This document shows positions 24,964 through 37,625 of a stretch of 47,259 nucleotides of DNA, piece after piece. Position 1 is the stretch's first letter, and every line of letters begins with the position of its first letter. The DNA is taken from positions 1 to 47,259 of the forward strand of contig JAUCBJ010004633.1 of NCBI GenBank assembly GCA_032718475.1. The letters are read 5' to 3'. This stretch comes from Nemertoderma westbladi (lineage: Eukaryota > Animalia > Xenacoelomorpha). The notes under the pieces were generated by a model. The model did not search any database. It saw nothing but the letters and a program-made list of their open reading frames with translations, and had not been told where the DNA came from. The translations under genes and the position numbers were made by a program.

Positions 24964-27900
24964 GTGAGTGGGTGAGTGACTGCCGGGGTTGGAGGTAAAG
25001 CGAAGAGCAAAGTGAGTAAAGGTGAGTGGGTGAGGGACTGTCGGGTTTGGAGGTAAAGCAAAGAGCGAGGGGAGTAAAGGTGAGTGGGTGAGGGACTGTC
25101 GGGGTTGGAGATAAAGCAAAGGGAGTAAAGGTGAGTGGGTGAGGGACTGCCGGGTTGGAGATAAAGCGAAGAGCAAAGTGAGTAAAGGTGAGTGGGTGAG
25201 GGACTGTCGGGTTTGGAGGTAAAGCAAAGAGCGAGGGGAGTAAAGGTGAGTGGGTGAGGGACTGTCGGGGTTGGAGATAAAGCAAAGGGAGTAAAGGTGA
25301 GTGGGTGAGGGACTGCCGGGTTGGAGATAAAGCGAAGAGCAAAGTGAGTAAAGGTGAGTGGGTGAGGGACTGTCGGGTTTGGAGGTAAAGCAAAGAGCGA
25401 GGGGAGTAAAGGTGAGTGGGTGAGGGACTGTCGGGGTTGGAGATAAAGCAAAGGGAGTAAAGGTGAGTGGGTTGGGGACTGCCGGGGTTGGAGGTAAAGC
25501 GAAGAGCAAAGTGAGTAAAGGTGAGTGGGTGAGGGACTGTCGGGTTTGGAGGTAAAGCAAAGAGCGAGGGGAGTAAAGGTGAGTGGGTGAGGGACTGTCG
25601 GGGTTGGAGATAAAGCAAAGGGAGTAAAGGTGAGTGGGTGAGGGACTGCCGGGTTGGAGATAAAGCGAAGAGCAAAGGTGGGTGGGTGAGGGACTGTCGG
25701 GGTTGGAGATAAAGCGAAGAGTAAAGGTGAGTGGGTGGGGGACTGTCGGGGTTGGAGATAAAGCGCAGAGCAAAGGGAGTAAAGTCGAGTGGGTGAGGGA
25801 CTGCCGGGGTTGGAGATAAAGCGAAGAGCAAAGGGAGTAAAGGTGAGTGGGTGAGGGACTGCCGGGGTTGGAGATAAAGCGAAGAGCAAAGGGAGTAAAG
25901 GTGAGTGGGTGAGGGACTGCCGGTGCCGGGGTTGGAGATAAAGCAAAGGGAGTAAAGGTGAGTGGGTGAGGGACTGTCGGGGTTGGAGATAAAGCGCAGA
26001 GCAAAGGGAGTAAAGTCGAGTGGGTGAGGGACTGCCGGGGTTGGAGATAAAGCGAAGAGCAAAGGGAGTAAAGGTGAGTGGGTGAGGAACTGCCGGGGTT
26101 GGAGATAAAGCGAAGAGCAAAGTGAGTAAAGGTGAGTGGGTGAGGGACTGTCGGGGTTGGAGATAAAGCGAAGAGCGAGAGGAGTAAAGGTGAGTGGGTG
26201 AGGAACTGCCGGTGCCGGGGTTGGAGATAAAGCAAAGGGAGTAAAGGTGAGTGGGTGAGGGACTGTCGGGGTTGGAGATAAAGCGCAGAGCAAAGGGAGT
26301 AAAGTCGAGTGGGTGAGGGACTGCCGGGGTTGGAGATAAAGCGAAGAGCAAAGGGAGTAAAGGTGAGTGGGTGAGGAACTGCCGGGGTTGGAGATAAAGC
26401 GAAGAGCAAAGTGAGTAAAGGTGAGTGGGTGAGGGACTGTCGGGGTTGGAGATAAAGCGAAGAGCGAGAGGAGTAAAGGTGAGTGGGTGAGGGTCTGCCG
26501 GGGTTGGAGATAAAGCGAAGAGCAAAGGGAGTAAAGGTGAGTGGGTGAGGGACTGTTGGGGTTGGAGATAAAGCGAAGAGCAAAGTGAGTAAAGGTGAGT
26601 GGGTGAGGGACTGCCGGGGTTGGAGATAAAGCGAAGAGCAAAGGGAGTAAAGGTGAGTGGTTGAGGGTCTGCCGGGGTTGGAGATAAAGCGAAGAGCAAA
26701 GGGAGTAAAGGTGAGTGGGTGAGGGACTGTTGGGGTTGGAGATAAAGCGAAGAGCGAGAGGAGTAAAGGTGAGTGGGTGAGGAACTGCCGGGGTTGGAGA
26801 TAAAGCGAAGAGCAAAGTGAGTAAAGGTGAGTGGGTGAGGGACTGCCGGGGTTGGAGATAAAGCGAAGAGCAAAGGGAGTAAAGGTGAGTGGTTGAGGGT
26901 CTGCCGGGGTTGGAGATAAAGCGAAGAGCAAAGGGAGTAAAGGTGAGTGGGTGAGGGACTGTCGGGGTTGGAGATAAAGCGAAGAGTAAAGGTGAGTGGG
27001 TGGGGGACTGTCGGGGTTGGAGATAAAGCGAAGAGCGAGAGGAGTAAAGGTGAGTGGGTGAGGAACTGCCGGGGTTGGAGATAAAGCGAAGAGCAAAGGG
27101 AGTAAAGGTGAGTGGTTGAGGGTCTGCCGGGGTTGGAGATAAAGCGAAGAGCAAAGGGAGTAAAGGTGAGTGGGTGAGGGACTGTCGGGGTTGGAGATAA
27201 ATCGAAGAGTAAAGGTGAGTGGGTTGGGGACTGCCGGGGTTGGAGATAAAGCGAAGAGCAAAGGGAGTAAAGGTGAGTGGGTGAGGGACTGTCGGGGTTG
27301 GAGATAAAGCGAAGAGCGAGAGGAGTAAAGGTGAGTGGGTGAGGAACTGCCGGGGTTGGAGATAAAGCGAAGAGCAAAGGGAGTAAAGGTGAGTGGGTGA
27401 GGGACTGTCGGGGTTGGAGATAAAGCGAAGAGCGAGGGGAGTAAAGGTGAGTGGGTGAGGGACTGTCGGGGTTGGAGATAAAGCGAAGAGCGAGAGGAGT
27501 AAAGGTGAGTGGGTGAGGGACTGTCGGGGTTGGAGATAAAGCGAAGAGTAAAGGTGAGTGGGTTGGGGACTGCCGGGGTTGGAGATAAAGCGAAGAGCAA
27601 AGGGAGTAAAGGTGAGTGGGTGAGGGACTGTCGGGGTTGGAGATAAAGCGAAGAGTAAAGGTGAGTGGGTTGGGGACTGCCGGGGTTGGAGATAAAGCGA
27701 AGAGCAAAGGGAGTAAAGGTGAGTGGGTGAGGGACTGTCGGGGTTGGAGATAAAGCGAAGAGCGAGGGGAGTAAAGGTGAGTGGGTGAGGGACTGTCGGG
27801 GTTGGAGATAAAGCGAAGAGCGAGAGGAGTAAAGGTGAGTGGGTGAGGGACTGTCGGGGTTGGAGATAAAGCGAAGAGTAAAGGTGAGTGGGTTGGGGAC

Positions 27901-30900
27901 TGCCGGGGTTGGAGATAAAGCGAAGAGCAAAGGGAGTAAAGGTGAGTGGGTGAGGGACTGTCGGGGTTGGAGATAAAGCGAAGAGCGAGGGGAGTAAAGG
28001 TGAGTGGGTGAGGGACTGCCGGGGTTGGAGATAAAGCGAAGAGCAAAGGGAGTAAAGGTGAGTGGTTGAGGGTCTGCCGGGGTTGGAGATAAAGCGAAGA
28101 ACAAAGGGAGTAAAGGTGAGTGGGTGAGGGACTGTCGGGGTTGGAGATAAAGCGAAGAGTAAAGGTGAGTGGGTTGGGGACTGCCGTGGTTGGAGATAAA
28201 GCGAAGAGCAAAGGGAGTAAAGGTGAGTGGGTGAGGGACTGCCGGGGTTGGAGATAAAGCAAAGGGAGTAAAGGTGAATGGTTGAGGGTCTGCCGGGGTT
28301 GGAGATAAAGCGAAGAGCAAAGGGAGTAAAGGTGAGTGGGTGAGGGACTGCCGGGGTTGGAGATAAAGCGAAGAGTAAAGGTGAGTGGGTGGGGGACTGT
28401 CGGGGTTGGAGATAAAGCGAAGAGCAAAGGGAGTAAAGGTGAGTGGGTGAGGGACTGCCGGGGTTGGAGATAAAGCAAAGAGCAAAGGGAGTAAAGGTGA
28501 GTGGGTGAGGGACTGCCGGGGTTGGAGATAAAGCAAAGAGCGAGGGGAGTAAAGGTGATGAGTGGGTGAGGGATTGTCGGGGTTGGAGATAAAGCGAAGA
28601 GCAAAGGGAGTAAAGGTGAATGGGTGGGGGACTGCCGGGGTTGGAGATAAAGCGAAGAGCAAAGGGAGTAAAGGTGAGTGGGTGAGGGACTGTCGGGGTT
28701 GGAGATAAAGCGAAGAGCAAAGGGAGTAAAGGTGAGTGGGTGAGGGACTGTCGGGGTTGGAGATAAAGCGAAGAGTAAAGGTGAGTGGGTTGGGGACTGC
28801 CGGGGTTGGAGATAAAGCGAAGAGCAAAGGGAGTAAAGGTGAGTGGGTGAGGGACTGCCGGGGTTGGAGATAAAGCAAAGGGAGTAAAGGTGAATGGTTG
28901 AGGGTCTGCCGGGGTTGGAGATAAAGCGAAGAGCAAAGGGAGTAAAGGTGAGTGGGTGAGGGACTGCCGGGGTTGGAGATAAAGCGAAGAGTAAAGGTGA
29001 GTGGGTGGGGGACTGTCGGGGTTGGAGATAAAGCGAAGAGCAAAGGGAGTAAAGGTGAGTGGGTGAGGGACTGCCGGGGTTGGAGATAAAGCAAAGAGCG
29101 AGGGGAGTAAAGGTGATGAGTGGGTGAGGGATTGTCGGGGTTGGAGATAAAGCGAAGAGCAAAGGGAGTAAAGGTGAGTGGGTGGGGGACTGCCGGGGTT
29201 GGAGATAAAGCGAAGAGCAAAGGGAGTAAAGGTGAGTGGGTGAGGGACTGCCGGGGTTGGAGATAAAGCAAAGAGCGAGGGGAGTAAAGGTGAGTGGGTG
29301 AGGGACTGCCGGGGTTGGAGATAAAGCGAAGAGCAAAGGGAGTAAAGGTGAGTGGGTGAGGGACTGTCGGGGTTGGAGATAAAGCGAAGAGCGAGGGGAG
29401 TAAAGGTGAGTGGGTGAGGGACTGTCGGGGTTGGAGATAAAGCGAAGAGCGAGAGGAGTAAAGGTGAGTGGGTGAGGGACTGTCGGGGTTGGAGATAAAG
29501 CGAAGAGTAAAGGTGAGTGGGTTGGGGACTGCCGGGGTTGGAGATAAAGCGAAGAGCAAAGGGAGTAAAGGTGAGTGGGTGAGGGACTGTCGGGGTTGGA
29601 GATAAAGCGAAGAGCGAGGGGAGTAAAGGTGAGTGGGTGAGGGACTGTCGGGGTTGGAGATAAAGCGAAGAGCGAGAGGAGTAAAGGTGAGTGGGTGAGG
29701 GACTGTCGGGGTTGGAGATAAAGCGAAGAGTAAAGGTGAGTGGGTTGGGGACTGCCGGGGTTGGAGATAAAGCGAAGAGCAAAGGGAGTAAAGGTGAGTG
29801 GGTGAGGGACTGTCGGGGTTGGAGATAAAGCGAAGAGTAAAGGTGAGTGGGTTGGGGACTGCCGGGGTTGGAGATAAAGCGAAGAGCAAAGGGAGTAAAG
29901 GTGAGTGGGTGAGGGACTGTCGGGGTTGGAGATAAAGCGAAGAGCGAGGGGAGTAAAGGTGAGTGGGTGAGGGACTGTCGGGGTTGGAGATAAAGCGAAG
30001 AGCGAGAGGAGTAAAGGTGAGTGGGTGAGGGACTGTCGGGGTTGGAGATAAAGCGAAGAGTAAAGGTGAGTGGGTTGGGGACTGCCGGGGTTGGAGATAA
30101 AGCGAAGAGCAAAGGGAGTAAAGGTGAGTGGGTGAGGGACTGTCGGGGTTGGAGATAAAGCGAAGAGCGAGGGGAGTAAAGGTGAGTGGGTGAGGGACTG
30201 CCGGGGTTGGAGATAAAGCGAAGAGCAAAGGGAGTAAAGGTGAGTGGTTGAGGGTCTGCCGGGGTTGGAGATAAAGCGAAGAACAAAGGGAGTAAAGGTG
30301 AGTGGGTGAGGGACTGTCGGGGTTGGAGATAAAGCGAAGAGTAAAGGTGAGTGGGTTGGGGACTGCCGTGGTTGGAGATAAAGCGAAGAGCAAAGGGAGT
30401 AAAGGTGAGTGGGTGAGGGACTGCCGGGGTTGGAGATAAAGCAAAGGGAGTAAAGGTGAATGGTTGAGGGTCTGCCGGGGTTGGAGATAAAGCGAAGAGC
30501 AAAGAGAGTAAAGGTGAGTGGGTGAGGGACTGCCGGGGTTGGAGATAAAGCGAAGAGTAAAGGTGAGTGGGTGGGGGACTGTCGGGGTTGGAGATAAAGC
30601 GAAGAGCAAAGGGAGTAAAGGTGAGTGGGTGAGGGACTGCCGGGGTTGGAGATAAAGCAAAGAGCAAAGGGAGTAAAGGTGAGTGGGTGAGGGACTGCCG
30701 GGGTTGGAGATAAAGCAAAGAGCGAGGGGAGTAAAGGTGATGAGTGGGTGAGGGATTGTCGGGGTTGGAGATAAAGCGAAGAGCAAAGGGAGTAAAGGTG
30801 AATGGGTGGGGGACTGCCGGGGTTGGAGATAAAGCGAAGAGCAAAGGGAGTAAAGGTGAGTGGGTGAGGGACTGTCGGGGTTGGAGATAAAGCGAAGAGC

Positions 30901-33900
30901 AAAGGGAGTAAAGGTGAGTGGGTGAGGGACTGTCGGGGTTGGAGATAAAGCGAAGAGTAAAGGTGAGTGGGTTGGGGACTGCCGGGGTTGGAGATAAAGC
31001 GAAGAGCAAAGGGAGTAAAGGTGAGTGGGTGAGGGACTGCCGGGGTTGGAGATAAAGCAAAGGGAGTAAAGGTGAATGGTTGAGGGTCTGCCGGGGTTGG
31101 AGATAAAGCGAAGAGCAAAGGGAGTAAAGGTGAGTGGGTGAGGGACTGCCGGGGTTGGAGATAAAGCGAAGAGTAAAGGTGAGTGGGTGGGGGACTGTCG
31201 GGGTTGGAGATAAAGCGAAGAGCAAAGGGAGTAAAGGTGAGTGGGTGAGGGACTGCCGGGGTTGGAGATAAAGCAAAGAGCGAGGGGAGTAAAGGTGATG
31301 AGTGGGTGAGGGATTGTCGGGGTTGGAGATAAAGCGAAGAGCAAAGGGAGTAAAGGTGAGTGGGTGGGGGACTGCCGGGGTTGGAGATAAAGCGAAGAGC
31401 AAAGGGAGTAAAGGTGAGTGGGTGAGGGACTGCCGGGGTTGGAGATAAAGCAAAGAGCGAGGGGAGTAAAGGTGAGTGGGTGAGGGACTGCCGGGGTTGG
31501 AGATAAAGCGAAGAGCAAAGGGAGTAAAGGTGAGTGGGTGAGGGACTGTCGGGGTTGGAGATAAAGCGAAGAGCGAGGGGAGTAAAGGTGAGTGGGTGAG
31601 GGACTGTCGGGGTTGGAGATAAAGCGAAGAGCGAGAGGAGTAAAGGTGAGTGGGTGAGGGACTGTCGGGGTTGGAGATAAAGCGAAGAGTAAAGGTGAGT
31701 GGGTTGGGGACTGCCGGGGTTGGAGATAAAGCGAAGAGCAAAGGGAGTAAAGGTGAGTGGGTGAGGGACTGTCGGGGTTGGAGATAAAGCGAAGAGCAAA
31801 GGGAGTAAAGGTGAGTGGTTGAGGGTCTGCCGGGGTTGGAGATAAAGCGAAGAGCAAAGGGAGTAAAGGTGAGTGGGTGAGGGACTGTCGGGGTTGGAGA
31901 TAAAGCGAAGAGCGAGAGGAGTAAAGGTGAGTGGGTGAGGAACTGCCGGGGTTGGAGATAAAGCGAAGAGCAAAGTGAGTAAAGGTGAGTGGGTGAGGGA
32001 CTGCCGGGGTTGGAGATAAAGCGAAGAGCAAAGGGAGTAAAGGTGAGTGGTTGAGGGTCTGCCGGGGTTGGAGATAAAGCGAAGAGCAAAGGGAGTAAAG
32101 GTGAGTGGGTGAGGGACTGTCGGGGTTGGAGATAAAGCGAAGAGTAAAGGTGAGTGGGTGGGGGACTGTCGGGGTTGGAGATAAAGCGAAGAGCGAGAGG
32201 AGTAAAGGTGAGTGGGTGAGGAACTGCCGGGGTTGGAGATAAAGCGAAGAGCAAAGGGAGTAAAGGTGAGTGGTTGAGGGTCTGCCGGGGTTGGAGATAA
32301 AGCGAAGAGCAAAGGGAGTAAAGGTGAGTGGGTGAGGGACTGTCGGGGTTGGAGATAAATCGAAGAGTAAAGGTGAGTGGGTTGGGGACTGCCGGGGTTG
32401 GAGATAAAGCGAAGAGCAAAGGGAGTAAAGGTGAGTGGGTGAGGGACTGTCGGGGTTGGAGATAAAGCGAAGAGCGAGAGGAGTAAAGGTGAGTGGGTGA
32501 GGAACTGCCGGGGTTGGAGATAAAGCGAAGAGCAAAGGGAGTAAAGGTGAGTGGGTGAGGGACTGTCGGGGTTGGAGATAAAGCGAAGAGTAAAGGTGAG
32601 TGGGTTGGGGACTGCCGGGGTTGGAGATAAAGCGAAGAGCAAAGGGAGTAAAGGTGAGTGGGTGAGGGACTGTCGGGGTTGGAGATAAAGCGAAGAGCGA
32701 GGGGAGTAAAGGTGAGTGGGTGAGGGACTGTCGGGGTTGGAGATAAAGCGAAGAGCGAGAGGAGTAAAGGTGAGTGGGTGAGGGACTGTCGGGGTTGGAG
32801 ATAAAGCGAAGAGTAAAGGTGAGTGGGTTGGGGACTGCCGGGGTTGGAGATAAAGCAAAGAGCAAAGGGAGTAAAGGTGAGTGGGTGAGGGACTGTCGGG
32901 GTTGGAGATAAAGCGAAGAGCAAAGGGAGTAAAGGTGAGTGGTTGAGGGTCTGCCGGGGTTGGAGATAAAGCGAAGAGCAAAGGGAGTAAAGGTGAGTGG
33001 GTGAGGGACTGTCGGGGTTGGAGATAAAGCGAAGAGTAAAGGTGAGTGGGTTGGGGACTGCCGGGGTTGGAGATAAAGCGAAGAGCAAAGGGAGTAAAGG
33101 TGAGTGGGTGAGGGACTGTCGGGGTTGGAGATAAAGCGAAGAGCGAGGGGAGTAAAGGTGAGTGGGTGAGGGACTGTCGGGGTTGGAGATAAAGCGAAGA
33201 GCGAGAGGAGTAAAGGTGAGTGGGTGAGGGACTGTCGGGGTTGGAGATAAAGCGAAGAGTAAAGGTGAGTGGGTTGGGGACTGCCGGGGTTGGAGATAAA
33301 GCGAAGAGCAAAGGGAGTAAAGGTGAGTGGGTGAGGGACTGTCGGGGTTGGAGATAAAGCGAAGAGTAAAGGTGAGTGGGTTGGGGACTGCCGGGGTTGG
33401 AGATAAAGCGAAGAGCAAAGGGAGTAAAGGTGAGTGGGTGAGGGACTGTCGGGGTTGGAGATAAAGCGAAGAGCGAGGGGAGTAAAGGTGAGTGGGTGAG
33501 GGACTGTCGGGGTTGGAGATAAAGCGAAGAGCGAGAGGAGTAAAGGTGAGTGGGTGAGGGACTGTCGGGGTTGGAGATAAAGCGAAGAGTAAAGGTGAGT
33601 GGGTTGGGGACTGCCGGGGTTGGAGATAAAGCGAAGAGCAAAGGGAGTAAAGGTGAGTGGGTGAGGGACTGTCGGGGTTGGAGATAAAGCGAAGAGCGAG
33701 GGGAGTAAAGGTGAGTGGGTGAGGGACTGCCGGGGTTGGAGATAAAGCGAAGAGCAAAGGGAGTAAAGGTGAGTGGTTGAGGGTCTGCCGGGGTTGGAGA
33801 TAAAGCGAAGAACAAAGGGAGTAAAGGTGAGTGGGTGAGGGACTGTCGGGGTTGGAGATAAAGCGAAGAGTAAAGGTGAGTGGGTTGGGGACTGCCGTGG

Positions 33901-35393
33901 TTGGAGATAAAGCGAAGAGCAAAGGGAGTAAAGGTGAGTGGGTGAGGGACTGCCGGGGTTGGAGATAAAGCAAAGGGAGTAAAGGTGAATGGTTGAGGGT
34001 CTGCCGGGGTTGGAGATAAAGCGAAGAGCAAAGGGAGTAAAGGTGAGTGGGTGAGGGACTGCCGGGGTTGGAGATAAAGCGAAGAGTAAAGGTGAGTGGG
34101 TGGGGGACTGTCGGGGTTGGAGATAAAGCGAAGAGCAAAGGGAGTAAATGTGAGTGGGTGAGGGACTGCCGGGGTTGGAGATAAAGCAAAGAGCAAAGGG
34201 AGTAAAGGTGAGTGGGTGAGGGACTGCCGGGGTTGGGGATAAAGCAAAGAGCGAGGGGAGTAAAGGTGATGAGTGGGTGAGGGATTGTCGGGGTTGGAGA
34301 TAAAGCGAAGAGCAAAGGGAGTAAAGGTGAGTGGGTGGGGGACTGCCGGGGTTGGAGATAAAGCGAAGAGCAAAGGGAGTAAAGGTGAGTGGGTGAGGGA
34401 CTGTCGGGGTTGGAGATAAAGCGAAGAGCAAAGGGAGTAAAGGTGAGTGGGTGAGGGACTGTCGGGGTTGGAGATAAAGCGAAGAGTAAAGGTGAGTGGG
34501 TTGGGGACTGCCGGGGTTGGAGATAAAGCGAAGAGCAAAGGGAGTAAAGGTGAGTGGGTGAGGGACTGCCGGGGTTGGAGATAAAGCAAAGGGAGTAAAG
34601 GTGAATGGTTGAGGGTCTGCCGGGGTTGGAGATAAAGCGAAGAGCAAAGGGAGTAAAGGTGAGTGCGTGAGGGACTGCCGGGGTTGGAGATAAAGCGAAG
34701 AGTAAAGGTGAGTGGGTGGGGGACTGTCGGGGTTGGAGATAAAGCGAAGAGCAAAGGGAGTAAAGGTGAGTGGGTGAGGGACTGCCGGGGTTGGAGATAA
34801 AGCAAAGAGCAAAGGGAGTAAAGGTGAGTGGGTGAGAGACTGCCGGGGTTGGAGATAAAGCAAAGAGCGAGGGGAGTAAAGGTGATGAGTGGGTGAGGGA
34901 TTGTCGGGGTTGGAGATAAAGCGAAGAGCAAAGGGAGTAAAGGTGAGTGGGTGGGGGACTGCCGGGGTTGGAGATAAAGCGAAGAGCAAAGGGAGTAAAG
35001 GTGAGTGGGTGGGGGACTGCCGGGGTTGGAGATAAAGCAAAGAGCAAAGGGAGTAAAGGTGAGTGGGTGAGGGACTGTCGGGGTTGGAGATAAAGCGAAG
35101 AGCAAAGGGAGTAAAGGTGAGTGGGTGAGGGACTGTCGGGGTTGGAGATAAAGCAAAGAGCGAGGGGAGTAAAGGTGATGAGTGGGTGAGGGACTGCCGG
35201 GGTTGGAGATAAAGCAAAGAGCGAGGGGAGTAAAGGTGAGTGGGTGAGGGACTGCCGGGGTTGGAGATAAAGCGAAGAGCAAAGGTGGGTGGGTGAGGGA
35301 CTGTCGGGGTTGGAGATAAAGCGAAGTGTAAAGGTGAGTGTGTGAGGGACTGCCGGGGTTGGAGATAAAGCAAAGAGCAAAGGGAGTAAAGGT
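24918..35393. repeat. 58-bp minisatellite (variants of 49, 50, 61 bp), ~10.5 kb, roughly 185 copies, derived from the exon-6/intron-6 junction
   Basis: Consensus GGGACTGCCGGGGTTGGAGATAAAGCGAAGAGCAAAGGGAGTAAAG|GTGAGTGGGTGA; the first copy overlaps exon 6. Confidence 0.99.
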
Positions 35394-35434
35394 GGGGAAT
35401 AACATATTCTATGTTATTTTTTATAATTTTTCAG

Positions 35435-35442
35435 GTCGTTAG
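35435..35442 (+). CDS. CSNK1A1: Casein kinase 1 alpha, terminal coding exon (G-R-stop)
   Basis: Strong acceptor TTATAATTTTTCAG; G|GT CGT TAG parallels vertebrate G-F-stop. Joined CDS is 1071 nt = 356 aa + stop. Confidence 0.8.
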
Positions 35443-37000
35443 AGGGAGCGTATATTTGGTGCTAGCATGACGTCATTATCTCTCTATTCAGTGACGTCAC
35501 CGAAATATAACTCTAGCTGTCGGCCAACTGATTATCTGGAGGTCTCTTTTGCCACTTCTGTATTGTCTGGTCGCGTCTGTGTTTTAGCAACGTTTTACTA
35601 GTATCGTATCGTAACTCTGTAAGGTCTCAGTGTCCTAATTGAATGCGGATTGCCCGGCAGCATTTTAATAAAATGCGTGAATTGCGAAATACTAGTACTC
35701 ATTGCTAAATGTCTGAATGTTTACCAGTCACAAAAATTATCTAAAAGTTATCTCTCCACAGTAATGAAAATCTAATACTTATATACTATTAAATATGAAA
35801 CATTGCGCGATGCTTTTTTAATTAGGTGTAACTTATTTGTTGAGCAACTACCTGTAGCCAGCACGAATCACGAGTGATCATATAGCTATGTATTGCCCAA
35901 ATGTATTGGCACGTCGTGATTAAATTTTCCAAAAAAAAAAATGAAAAAAAATACCCCCAGCTCTGAAGGTTTTTTTTTGGTGGCGGAGTTGACTGTTTAT
36001 TTTAACTTTTCGATAAATACTATAAGTTAGTAGCTCTAATTTATAATAATTGTTTCTGAAGTTTGGTATTCCTGTTAACTTTTGTCACTTTTAATCTCAC
36101 ACACATCCCCATAGAAGTATTTGATTCACAATGTACAAAACTTATGTGCTTCTGCGTATCATATATGGCGTGGTGAGGAATTTGCGTACTAAATGTTTCA
36201 ATAAATTAAAAGAACCACTTTTCCAGTTTCATGATCCGTGTGGTTTAGTGGTTCGAGAGTATGTTCGAGGATCTGATTGCAAAATTCCTTGAGCAATTTT
36301 GTTTCAAAATTGTAACATTAGGGAGATGATTTGTGAAATAAAAAATACTTCACTACAAAAACAATGCTTATATTTTGCTGTAATTTCGAAATTATTTAAT
36401 CAAGAAATAGATAATAGTTATCACAATATATTTTGCAACTATTTTGGAAAAAGATTACTGTCTGAAGGTGCCTGTATCAAGGACAGTAATTAAACGCGAT
36501 ACAACTAAATGATTTTGTTTGAACGGAGTTACCTGGGGTAACAGTAGCTGTTGCAAGTTTATTTCGCCTCAAAGTAAAATCTCCAAATGTTTGTCGATAA
36601 TAATTGTAATAAATCGAGCTGTCAAATGTGTCCGTGTAAATGCCGAATTTTGGAATAAATGTACTTACAATTATTAATATTCGTTATATTTGAGTGATTT
36701 TTTGGTTTAATCGTTGTCTGTAACAGCGATTTCGGCTAGTTCATCACATTCACTCAACATTGTGCTTTACAATGTTTAGATTATAAATTCTAGTTCGATT
36801 CTAAGAAACAACGTTTTTTATTTTGATCACTTGTGTCGCGGCATTGTTATTCATGTATTGTTCGTTACTTTATAGTACGTTTATCCGTTCTCAACGTTTA
36901 GCTTTAGACACCCGGACTGTAAATATTGTTCCTTATAAAAAAACTTTATTTGGCTTGTTGGTATTATTGTTTCTTTTTTAAATAAACACTTTGAAGATTA
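35443..37000 (+). other. Probable CK1a 3' UTR with candidate polyadenylation signals
   Basis: Repeat-poor sequence after the stop. AATAAA at 35667 and 36981 among others; the latter is followed by a T/GT-rich tract. True end not determinable. Confidence 0.45.
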
Positions 37001-37544
37001 ATATATTATATTGTTTTATTTTGTTCTCATTAAATACCGGATCGGGTCACTTTAAAGATTTATCCCGGAAAGGACATGACAGTAAAACGTGATCACTTAT
37101 TACTAATTCAATTGAAATTTGAGCTTTGGGGTCCAATCTGACTTTATAACATACCATTTCTACCAATTTGGAGTCTGGGAACATCTTTGATACTATCGAC
37201 ATCTCTATGGATGCGTTTCTTCCAAAGGAACCGATTGTGAATCGATCGTCCACACAGTTCGGAGGTGGAGGTGCCAGACTCCCTAGACGAGACTCTATAT
37301 CCGCTCACCCTTTACTCTTCCTTCGTTCACCGCTCACCCTTTGTCTAGATTGTCAGACCCACCCCCATGTACTAGTAAACCACCTGCAATCAACGCATTC
37401 TGAGATCCAAACACTTTATAAAGGAAATTACTTAAACCGGTTTTATTTCTCACAGACTGCGATGAATAGAGATTTGACATGAATTCGACCTAAAAGTCTC
37501 GAGTTCTGAAAAAAAACTCACAGTCAGATTCTGAGTTTCGAACT

Positions 37545-37625
37545 CTAGAGCCAGAATTTTTTTCAATCTTTAGCTACAAGCGTTTGAAAAAAGTGTCTCA
37601 AGTGAAATTACACAGGTCACACCGC
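37545..37625 (-). mobile_element. Fragment of the same repeat family as 42045-42130
   Basis: CTTTAGCTACAAGCGTTTGAAAAAAGTGTCTC matches the reverse complement of GAGACACCTTTTTCAAACGCTTGTTTAGCTAAAG. Confidence 0.65.

Noticed and set aside
24964-35393. Canonical recursive-splicing ratchet points (AG|GT in each unit)
   Set aside because: The AG is in AAAG with no polypyrimidine tract or branch point, so these are donor-like only.
24809-35405. Three overlapping ~3500-aa ORFs on the minus strand
   Set aside because: The repeat's plus strand lacks TTA, CTA and TCA, so no minus-strand stop can occur in any frame. Units are mostly not multiples of 3, all three frames give the same permuted peptide, and the unit derives from the plus-strand exon junction.
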